A program made the position numbers and the translations under genes. Of a stretch of DNA of 20,000 nt, positions 7,575-15,062 are shown piece by piece. Source of the DNA: an uncultured virus (IMG/VR IMGVR_UViG_3300025885_000003) (lineage: Duplodnaviria > Heunggongvirae > Uroviricota > Caudoviricetes). Position 1 is the first letter of the stretch. The number at the start of each line of letters is the position of its first letter. Below the pieces are notes generated by a model, which had not been told where the DNA came from, ran no database searches, and was given only the letters and a program-made list of their open reading frames with translations. The DNA lies in the IMG/VR virus record IMGVR_UViG_3300025885_000003; one strand, given 5' to 3'.

Positions 7575-7625
7575 ACACGAAGCCCCGACTGCCTATCACT
7601 AGGCGGCCGGGGCATTTGTGTTGTT
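7575..7625. terminator. Intrinsic terminator hairpin between convergent operons, possibly bidirectional
   Basis: GCCCCGaCTGCCTA-tcac-TAGGCGGcCGGGGC (7582-7613), followed by ATTTGTGTTGTT and preceded by AACAAACACGAA, which reads U-rich on the - strand. Confidence 0.8.
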
Positions 7626-7685
7626 ACGGATGAACTCGCCCAGGTGACTGGACGGGCTCAGGACTCCTCCCACGACGTGGGTGAG

Positions 7686-8090
7686 CTATTTCGATGCAAC
7701 TCCCTGGAGCTTCTCGACCGTGCGCATACCACCGAGGCCGAGCATTCCAACGAGTAGTGTAGTCAGGAGACTCACGTCCAGCATGACCATCTTGACTGGG
7801 TGCGCAGTCATCTCAGAACCCCACACGACGAGGGGACCTAGAACCATCTGGATAGCCAGAGCCGAACCGCAGACCCAACCGATAAACGGCCTCCATCCAG
7901 ACACAAAGATGTTCGGATTCGCTGCCTCGATCTCGTTGATCTTGTTCTGCCCGGCGATGACCGCGAGGTCACCACTCTGCTCAAGTTCAGCGAGTTTCTG
8001 AATCGCTTCAGCCTTAGCCTTGGGATCGGGGATGACCTTGTCGAGAATCTTCGTACCGAAGCCGAGGAGGTCAAGAAGAGGAAATGGCAT
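7686..8090 (-). CDS. Holin of the 3TM / GTA-holin type
   Basis: KILDKVIPDP..KAEA, FVSGWRPFIGWVCG and LLVGMLGLGGMRTVEK match the family pattern. GAGGT RBS. Confidence 0.85.
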   Translation of the reverse strand: MPFPLLDLLGFGTKILDKVIPDPKAKAEAIQKLAELEQSGDLAVIAGQNKINEIEAANPNIFVSGWRPFIGWVCGSALAIQMVLGPLVVWGSEMTAHPVKMVMLDVSLLTTLLVGMLGLGGMRTVEKLQGVASK

Positions 8091-8092
8091 CG

Positions 8093-8302
8093 TTACCTCT
8101 TATCTTTCGGTAGCGGTCCAAGCGGCTTACGTCCTGCACCGACGTTGACACTGACATAGTGTTCGAGAAAGAGGCCAACTGCGAGTACAGCAACTGCACC
8201 GTAACCGCCGTTAAATGGAAGACCCGCGAGGATCAGCCACGCCACTAGGGCGACGATTTCAATAGCAGTAAACAGAATGACGCCTTTGAGTGCTTTGCTC
8301 AT
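8093..8302 (-). CDS. Small two-TM membrane protein (lysis-module associated)
   Basis: Two hydrophobic segments and a basic C-terminal tail. GGAGGT RBS; coupled to its neighbours. Confidence 0.7.
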   Translation of the reverse strand: MSKALKGVILFTAIEIVALVAWLILAGLPFNGGYGAVAVLAVGLFLEHYVSVNVGAGRKPLGPLPKDKR

Positions 8303-8451
8303 TACTTACCTCCCTTGATTTTCTTCCCTGCGTAACCGCTATTCTTCGTCAACTTCATCGGGGGAGCCTCGTGCTTGGGCATAGTCGCTTCTCCGAGTAT
8401 CACATTCTTCGTGCGGTCCACCATATTCTGAATCGGGCTCTTACGTGCCAT
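8302..8451 (-). CDS. 49-aa basic hypothetical protein (not in ORF track)
   Basis: Hand translation: MARKSPIQNMVDRTKNVILGEATMPKHEAPPMKLTKNSGYAGKKIKGGK. TAATG stop/start overlaps at both ends; GGAGG upstream. Confidence 0.7.
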   Translation of the reverse strand: MARKSPIQNMVDRTKNVILGEATMPKHEAPPMKLTKNSGYAGKKIKGGK

Positions 8452-8705
8452 TAGCGTTCCCTCCGTTCAAGAAGTCGGTCCAACTTGTGATTCATTTCTT
8501 TCTGTCCGTCTTTAATCTCAGTAATGTCATCACGTACAGTCTCAACTTTAGTCTCGACTACTGCAAGACGGGCATCCTGTTTCCACGATGAGACGCTTGA
8601 CCATGTAGCCCAGGCGACGGTACTGGAGAGGATAAGACCGATGATAACCTGGATCAGCCACATCGGAACTTGCTCCATGCTGCGGCTTAGTGCATTGTGA
8701 GTCAT
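8451..8705 (-). CDS. Single-TM + coiled-coil protein (XhlA-like / holin-accessory type)
   Basis: Hydrophobic WLIQVIIGLILSSTVAWATW followed by heptad-like RLAVVETKVETVRDDITEIKDGQKEMNHKLDRLL. ATGA overlap with the upstream gene. Confidence 0.7.
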   Translation of the reverse strand: MTHNALSRSMEQVPMWLIQVIIGLILSSTVAWATWSSVSSWKQDARLAVVETKVETVRDDITEIKDGQKEMNHKLDRLLERRER

Positions 8706-11290
8706 TGCTGCTCCCTCTCCGCGCGAGCGGCTTCCAACTTTTCCAGGATCGACTGCTTCCGCTTCTCACTTCCCTCCGGACGGGGCGGTGCTTCTTCCCT
8801 CGCGGCCTTGGCAATGGGTGCGGCTCGTTTGATCTCTTCTTGTGCTTCCTTAAGCTTCCGCCACGCATCGGACACCTGTGTCGGCGTGCCGTTGCGAATG
8901 GCCGTCTTCCACTGTGTCTTGGCCTGGGCCAGCTTCGCCTTGGCCTCGACCAGGGTCGCGTTCTGTAGCTGCGTACCACGTCGAGCAGTCGGCGCGAAGG
9001 AGAGACCGAGCCAACGCTCAGCCGCTACCTTGGCTCCCTCGGCGGGTCCGTAGTCTGCGGCCGTCTGCGCCCCCTCGATACCGATGCGGGCGAGGGGAGA
9101 GATGCGCCCGAGACGTTCCTTCAGTGACATCTCGCGTCCTGTGTCAGTCTTACCGGACATGAGTTCCTTGACCACTTCGGGCGTCAGGAGCATCCCCGTG
9201 AAGTTCTCGGCTGCTTGTGCTCCGGCATCCTGTGCGAACTGAACTGGCGTATCCTTGCCGCTGATTACCCGCTGAAGGCGTGACGGAGTGTTGCCAAGCC
9301 CCGCGACCTGGGCCACCTGTTCGGGGACCCACCAGCGGAATCGGAGTACAACGGGAGCACCATTGATGTCACGGCGTACATGTGCCGGGTCCATCGGGTC
9401 CGGGACAATGATGTGAATTTGGCCACGCTCACGTTCGTGCAGCGCGTCTTCAACTTGCTGATACTCGGGGTTCTGAGTATTCCAAAGCATCGTGGCCGTG
9501 GGGACAGCAACCATAGCCGTCAGGGCTTTCACCTTGCCTGGGGCGTTCTGTGCGAGATTCATCGTGTTCAGGACCCATTCTGTAGCCAGACCCTGGAACT
9601 GGATGAACGGTGCGATGAGACGCATCGCCGGAAAGGTCGCCCACTTCGGAGCACCGGCCCCGTAATGGAACGTAATCTCACGGCCGACACGACCGAACTC
9701 AGCGGGGTTGTTCGACTGGGCAAAGGCTTCCATACCGGCCGCGATACGCGGAGCCAACTCGACAGCTTGCCGTTCCGCTGCGAGTACCTGGAACGGTGCT
9801 GCGAATTTGACCTGCATCGTCTGCCACCAGTTGTCATAGTTCTTCTGTGCTTCCGGCAGGTTCTTGAGAAGATGCTGCGGGATACTGGAACCACCAACGT
9901 CGTGCATGATCGTGCTGGCGGGCAGGCCCTGCTCTACTGCCATTTCCCATACGTCCACCGGCTGTCCGTTGATCTCAACGATTGTGCTTCCCTTTCCGAA
10001 GATACCACGGAAGGCGACTTTGTTCGCGGTGCCATACCACTTCAGGATGCCAAGCGGACTTACGCCCAACTCAGGACCACGAGTCATAGCAACCATGAGG
10101 TCAGAGCCACGGTTGACGTTCGTATTACCGGGATTGTAGATGGTGAACTGCCGGGCGATCATGTTGCCCGCCTTGTACAACTGCTGCTCGCGCGCGGTGT
10201 GCATTGACCGCTTGTAGCTCTTCAGAGCTTCTACGATAGGTGTCGGGAAGATGTGTCCCTGGTTCGCGGGAGGGAGTGCTTTCTGCGCGCCGAGGATGAA
10301 CTGCTCCTCGGGCGTCTTCGGTTCGTATCCAATGTCACCGGGGCCAGGAAGGAACCGGGAGAAGCCCTTCGGCGGGTCCATGTGCGCAGGCACCTGATCG
10401 GTCAGGTTGATCGACTTGTCGGACTTGAGATCGAGCCACAGTTCGTGTTCAGCCACATGTCTGTGATACTGGGCCATTGTCTCGCGCAGCATGTTGACAA
10501 GATTGGACTCGCGTTCTGTCTGACCCTCCCCTCGGTGCTTCAACATGGAGAGGAGATTGAGACGGAAGTCTTCTCCGGCTGCCTGAGTCGTAGCATCAGC
10601 CACGGCGTGGAGCTTACGGATCGGAGTATAGTCTTCGAGATAGCGTTCCGGTGTAAGCCAGCCACGAGACTGAGCATCTCCGAAGAGCGCGTCCATTTTC
10701 GCGCGGTACCGCTTGTGTGCTTCAGCTATCTGCGGGTCGGCATCGACCTGAGCCTGGAGTTCGCTAACAACGCGCTCCCACTTCTCGATGGGCTCGCCCA
10801 TAATGTCAGGTCTGCCATCACGCTTAGCTTGCGCCAACTCGTCTGAGGCCAGTAGGTGCTTGGCCCAGATCGTTGTCTGCTTTGGCGAGTCGATTTGCAT
10901 GGGCTCCACGATCTTCGAAAGCTCGAAGTCCGCCATGTGCCCTGCACTCTCTTCCGCCTGCCGTGACCGTAGGAACCGTGCCTGAAGGTCTTTCGGCAGA
11001 TTCGGATCACGCTTGATCGCACCCCCAAGGAAGGTTTTGAGCGATTGGATACCATCCACGAGAGAGTTGTGCGGATCGTACGTCATCTCAAGATGCTGTT
11101 CGACAGCCGGCTGTGACGTAACCTGGGGCTGGTTTGGACGCCGCGACATCGGCGGTTCAGCCGTGCGCAACTTCTCCATCAGCTTCGGAGCCCGCTCAGC
11201 CAGTTCAGGGACGGCTGGCTTGAACAGAGCTTCCCCCACCTGTTTCCCGGTCTCACCGAGAATCTTGCCGAACTCACTGAACGATGGCAT
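8702..11290 (-). CDS. Large internal virion / DNA-ejection protein with LPD38-like C-terminal region
   Basis: 862-aa helical protein, last of the large virion genes. The segment PFIQFQGLA...PTATMLWNTQNPEYQQVEDALHERER...VVLRF resembles my recollection of LPD38. Function inferred from synteny. Confidence 0.6.
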   Translation of the reverse strand: MPSFSEFGKILGETGKQVGEALFKPAVPELAERAPKLMEKLRTAEPPMSRRPNQPQVTSQPAVEQHLEMTYDPHNSLVDGIQSLKTFLGGAIKRDPNLPKDLQARFLRSRQAEESAGHMADFELSKIVEPMQIDSPKQTTIWAKHLLASDELAQAKRDGRPDIMGEPIEKWERVVSELQAQVDADPQIAEAHKRYRAKMDALFGDAQSRGWLTPERYLEDYTPIRKLHAVADATTQAAGEDFRLNLLSMLKHRGEGQTERESNLVNMLRETMAQYHRHVAEHELWLDLKSDKSINLTDQVPAHMDPPKGFSRFLPGPGDIGYEPKTPEEQFILGAQKALPPANQGHIFPTPIVEALKSYKRSMHTAREQQLYKAGNMIARQFTIYNPGNTNVNRGSDLMVAMTRGPELGVSPLGILKWYGTANKVAFRGIFGKGSTIVEINGQPVDVWEMAVEQGLPASTIMHDVGGSSIPQHLLKNLPEAQKNYDNWWQTMQVKFAAPFQVLAAERQAVELAPRIAAGMEAFAQSNNPAEFGRVGREITFHYGAGAPKWATFPAMRLIAPFIQFQGLATEWVLNTMNLAQNAPGKVKALTAMVAVPTATMLWNTQNPEYQQVEDALHERERGQIHIIVPDPMDPAHVRRDINGAPVVLRFRWWVPEQVAQVAGLGNTPSRLQRVISGKDTPVQFAQDAGAQAAENFTGMLLTPEVVKELMSGKTDTGREMSLKERLGRISPLARIGIEGAQTAADYGPAEGAKVAAERWLGLSFAPTARRGTQLQNATLVEAKAKLAQAKTQWKTAIRNGTPTQVSDAWRKLKEAQEEIKRAAPIAKAAREEAPPRPEGSEKRKQSILEKLEAARAEREQQ

Positions 11291-13287
11291 TACTTACTCC
11301 CTTTCTGGGGACTACGAACAAGAACGATTGGAGTATCGCCTTCCTTACCAGTACGAACGAAACCATGCTTCTCATACCATTTGGCGATCTTGGCCGCAGG
11401 AATCTTGCCTCCCTTGAGGCCGGGCATGTCAGTGACGGATACCTGAATCGGCGCACCGGCTTCATCAGCCGACTTAACGATGGCAGCGAGAGCTTCCGTG
11501 CTGGCCTTGCCCCCGTGTTCCGCACCCTTGATGCTCTTGATGATGATGTGCGTGCCGTCTACGGAAGGCGTAGCGTGAACCGTTGCCCCTTTAACGATGG
11601 TCGGACCGGACTCGTGGATCGTACGCATAACATGCTCAACAGCTTTCGTCGGCAACGTGATCTCATTTCCGAGCGCCGGACCCGTCCCCTCGGCGCTGCG
11701 CGGTGGCAGCGTCAGGTCTAGCGGAGAAGCGGTGCCGGGCGGTTGCACACTAGCAGGCCCAGCAGGCGGAAGCGGTGCCTCGGGGAGACGCATAGCGTGT
11801 TCTGCTGGCAGATTCGGACCAAGACGCTCGATATCAAGCGGCGACCGCATGGCCGCTGCCGGGCTACCAGCCTGTGGTGCAACACCGATAGGCTGCTGCA
11901 TTTCGGGCGTGAACCCAGTTGACGGACCAGGAAGTGGAAGCTGCTGTGGGGTCGGCATCTGTTCGAGACCGGCCATCGGAGCGGGAGGTTCCACCGGGGG
12001 AGTGAACGGAGGAGCGGTCGGCTGGGCAACCGGTCCCTGTACCGAAGGAGGCGCGACTTCGGGCGCGAGACCCCCTTGGGCGTTCAAGTCTGCCCCCGGT
12101 GGTAGAGTACCCAGAGGCGCAAGCGGCTCCTGGGGAAGAGCGACAGCGGGATTGATCTTAGCTTCAGCCTCCAGCCACGGCTTGATCTTGGCCGTGATAG
12201 CTTGAATCGCAGCAGGGTCAGCCGACATGGCGTCCTGCCCATAGAGCTTGGATGCGATGTCAGCGGCCAGCTTCTCGATGGGAGCACCGGCCGGAGCCTG
12301 TGCCTGCCATGCGTCGAAATCAGGCTTGAACCGGTCGCGTAGCATCGAAGGCTGAAACTTGTTTGCAAAGGTCTTGAGTGCCACAGAGCGCGCCCCGAGG
12401 GCAGAAGCCTCAGCAGCAGCGTGGCGGGCAGCCCAAGCAGGATCGATCTTCGATCGGATCGCGGTCAGGCCGTCGCCGAGGGCACGACCGACTTTGTTCC
12501 CGGCAGCGCCAAGTCCGTGGAACACAGCACCACCAGCGGCACCGTATGCGGCTCCTGTAACACCACCGTGACCGATGCCATGCGTCACTTCATTGAAGAT
12601 GTCTTCAGCACTCGCACCCTGCGCCGCTGCCTCGCTACCACGGACAATACCCTCATCAATGGCACCATAAGCAGCGCCAAACAGTGCGCCAGTTCCGACA
12701 GAGCGTGCCAGTGTGTGCGCTGCCTTAGCACCACCACCGCCGAACGGTAGCGTGCCGTAGAAAGCCGCAGCTTCACCGGTTGAGCGAACACCAGCTTGTC
12801 CTTCCTCACCAACATCCTGCATGAGACTTTCCTGCGTCTGCGTATACCCTCTGACGACGTTGTGAATCTGCTCGTCAGTGTATCCTTTCGCCCGCATTTC
12901 GGCGATGTTAGGCTGTGGCACACCCGCAGCGACCTTCTCCAATTGCTGTCCTGCTGCAAGGTGCTTGACAGCCGTGACAGGAGAAGCGATGCTCTCGCCC
13001 ACGCCCTTAACAAATGCACTCGGCATACCAGCAACTGCCTTACCCGCAGCCATAACTCGCTCCCCAAGTGGAGGTGGGGCGGGTTTGTAGTCCGGGGCGA
13101 ACTTCTTTGTCAGCTTGTCCATGTAATCTTGAGGCGACAAGTCAGAGTAATGCCGCTGGTGCATCTTGACAATCACATCGTCGTCCGCCATGTCGGTATA
13201 ATCCGGAAACTGTGCCCGGAAGCCCTTCATGATTGCCTGGACTTGAGGATCATCACTCTGCTGCGCTGTAGGATTCAGGTCAGCCAT
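11290..13287 (-). CDS. Internal virion / ejection protein with Gly/Ala-rich segment, Pro-rich linker and C-terminal GNAT-like domain
   Basis: N-terminal FRAQFPDYTDMADD; GALFGAAYGA...GAAGGAVFHGLG; long Pro-rich stretch; C-terminal ALAAIVKSADEAG...KIAKWYEKHGF. AGGAG RBS. Confidence 0.65.
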   Translation of the reverse strand: MADLNPTAQQSDDPQVQAIMKGFRAQFPDYTDMADDDVIVKMHQRHYSDLSPQDYMDKLTKKFAPDYKPAPPPLGERVMAAGKAVAGMPSAFVKGVGESIASPVTAVKHLAAGQQLEKVAAGVPQPNIAEMRAKGYTDEQIHNVVRGYTQTQESLMQDVGEEGQAGVRSTGEAAAFYGTLPFGGGGAKAAHTLARSVGTGALFGAAYGAIDEGIVRGSEAAAQGASAEDIFNEVTHGIGHGGVTGAAYGAAGGAVFHGLGAAGNKVGRALGDGLTAIRSKIDPAWAARHAAAEASALGARSVALKTFANKFQPSMLRDRFKPDFDAWQAQAPAGAPIEKLAADIASKLYGQDAMSADPAAIQAITAKIKPWLEAEAKINPAVALPQEPLAPLGTLPPGADLNAQGGLAPEVAPPSVQGPVAQPTAPPFTPPVEPPAPMAGLEQMPTPQQLPLPGPSTGFTPEMQQPIGVAPQAGSPAAAMRSPLDIERLGPNLPAEHAMRLPEAPLPPAGPASVQPPGTASPLDLTLPPRSAEGTGPALGNEITLPTKAVEHVMRTIHESGPTIVKGATVHATPSVDGTHIIIKSIKGAEHGGKASTEALAAIVKSADEAGAPIQVSVTDMPGLKGGKIPAAKIAKWYEKHGFVRTGKEGDTPIVLVRSPQKGSK

Positions 13288-13295
13288 TGGAACTC

Positions 13296-14288
13296 CTAGT
13301 CTCTGAGATGGAGGGGATCATTCGGCTTAGCAGCCGCTGGTGTCTTACCAGCTCCTGTAGCTGGGATTTCACCCTTCTGAAGATCGTGCGCCTGCTTCAT
13401 GATCTCGATCATCGTTTCGGTTTGCCACTGATCATACTGCTCAGGTTTGACCGTGAATCCACCCATGACAGGATCGAGCGCACCGTACTTCTGGAGCTTG
13501 GCCGCAGCAATCGTACCAGCGATTCCCAGCAACTTGAGTTTCATACGCTCGTCGAAGTGGAAACTATCAGCGATAGCACTCGCCTTCTCGCGCGCGGTAT
13601 TGATCGCATTCGTGCCTTTGAGCTTCTCCAACTGCTCCTTCTCGGCCGCACGATTCTTAGCGCCAGCCTCACCAATGCCCTTCTGAAGCAGCATGGTTGC
13701 GAGGGCTTCCTGAAACTTCCCTCGGCGCTGGAGGTCGGCGATATGGCTCATGGTGATGTTTTCCTGGAGCTTGTCCATGTCACCAGTCTTCTGTGCTTCT
13801 GCCTTCTTGATCGCATCTTCGCGTTCGGTCATCATCCGGTCACTTTCAGGTGATCCAGCATGAGCGAAAGTACGCTGGAGCAATCCCGGCATCTTCTCGG
13901 TCTGACGGGACTCGATACGCTTGCGTAGTTCAGCCGCCTGCCCAGCGTAATCGATCTCAGGGCTCATCTCCCCGAGCACCTTCTGAATGTCAGGATTCGC
14001 CTTGTGCATCGCGGTGCCGAGATTGTGGAGCAACTGATACCAGTCATCTTCACTCATCGGCTCGTGTTCGTCCATCGCGTCGTAGTCCTTCGCCTGTGCC
14101 TGAGCTTGCGGATTAGCGCGCTGTGCGACAATATCATCAGGTGAGTACGCACCGGGAGCAGGAGCCGCAGCCGGTTGGTCGAGGAAAGAAGTCTCGGCCG
14201 CAGGAACCATAGTCCCCGCGAGAGAGCCGGTTGTGTCACTCGGCGCGATGACATTGCGCATCGACGGCCGTGGTTTCATCGTAGCCAT
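13296..14288 (-). CDS. Probable internal virion / ejection protein
   Basis: 330-aa helical, Q/E/K/A-rich protein in the ejection-gene position. AAGGAG RBS. Confidence 0.55.
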   Translation of the reverse strand: MATMKPRPSMRNVIAPSDTTGSLAGTMVPAAETSFLDQPAAAPAPGAYSPDDIVAQRANPQAQAQAKDYDAMDEHEPMSEDDWYQLLHNLGTAMHKANPDIQKVLGEMSPEIDYAGQAAELRKRIESRQTEKMPGLLQRTFAHAGSPESDRMMTEREDAIKKAEAQKTGDMDKLQENITMSHIADLQRRGKFQEALATMLLQKGIGEAGAKNRAAEKEQLEKLKGTNAINTAREKASAIADSFHFDERMKLKLLGIAGTIAAAKLQKYGALDPVMGGFTVKPEQYDQWQTETMIEIMKQAHDLQKGEIPATGAGKTPAAAKPNDPLHLRD

Positions 14289-14297
14289 GTGATCTCC

Positions 14298-15053
14298 TTA
14301 GGCGTAAGCTGCGGCGAAGCGGCCAGGACGGACGGCTCCGGACATACCAGAGAAACGAGACATCTTGGAAAGGAACCGACTCGGTCGGGCACCGCTGCTT
14401 CCTTGGATGGAGGCCATCGAAGGAGCGCCGAGGGCAGCGTTCGGTCCTGCGGGCTGTCCACCGGGAAGTGGTCCCTGCGGAACGTTGATCGCTGTCGGTG
14501 TGGGGACTTCTTGCGCTGTTTGTCCCATACCTTTACCAGCCATTCCGATGGAAGCATACTTCGAAATCTGGCCACCAAGGTCGGAGATGGGAGAGTCTTC
14601 GTATGGAGCATTCGCCCGCAACCCTTCACCCTGCATGAACGCTGCGAGACGGCCCTGCACCATTTGCTGAGCGACAGGTAGCATCGATTCCATGAGGCTA
14701 GCCTTCATCCCTCGCTGGAGGTTGTTGACTGCCTGTCCTGCACCGGCCGCGGCGAAGATGTCGGCACCAGTCGAAGCACCACCCGCTGCCCCGAGGCCAG
14801 CATTTGCAGCCCCCCGTGCGAGGTCGGTCTGGAATTGCTGCCCGCCCTGGGCCGCGTTAGTCATGAGTTGCTGACCCTGCGTGCTGTTGATCGCGCGGTT
14901 GAAGAGGGCCATGAGTTCGTCATTGACGGCTCCGGCTCCGAACTTCTGCTTCAGCCATTCGGGGTCGATGCTCTTGCGCTTCTTCTTACCGAAGATGCTC
15001 ATGAGTGTTCCGCCACCCTGCAATGCTGCAAGAGCGAGTGTGATCGGGTCCAC
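14298..15053 (-). CDS. Probable DNA-transfer / pilot-like small ejection protein
   Basis: MDPITLALAALQGGGTLMSIFGKKK N-terminus and G/A/Q-rich body, typical of the first small podovirus ejection protein. GTG start with AAGGAG RBS. Confidence 0.6.
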   Translation of the reverse strand: MDPITLALAALQGGGTLMSIFGKKKRKSIDPEWLKQKFGAGAVNDELMALFNRAINSTQGQQLMTNAAQGGQQFQTDLARGAANAGLGAAGGASTGADIFAAAGAGQAVNNLQRGMKASLMESMLPVAQQMVQGRLAAFMQGEGLRANAPYEDSPISDLGGQISKYASIGMAGKGMGQTAQEVPTPTAINVPQGPLPGGQPAGPNAALGAPSMASIQGSSGARPSRFLSKMSRFSGMSGAVRPGRFAAAYA

Positions 15054-15062
15054 GGTGTCTCC

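Noticed and set aside
7560..7757. 65-aa + strand ORF with upstream GGAGG and a GTG start
   Set aside because: It runs through the terminator hairpin and antisense into the holin, and has no protein-like features.
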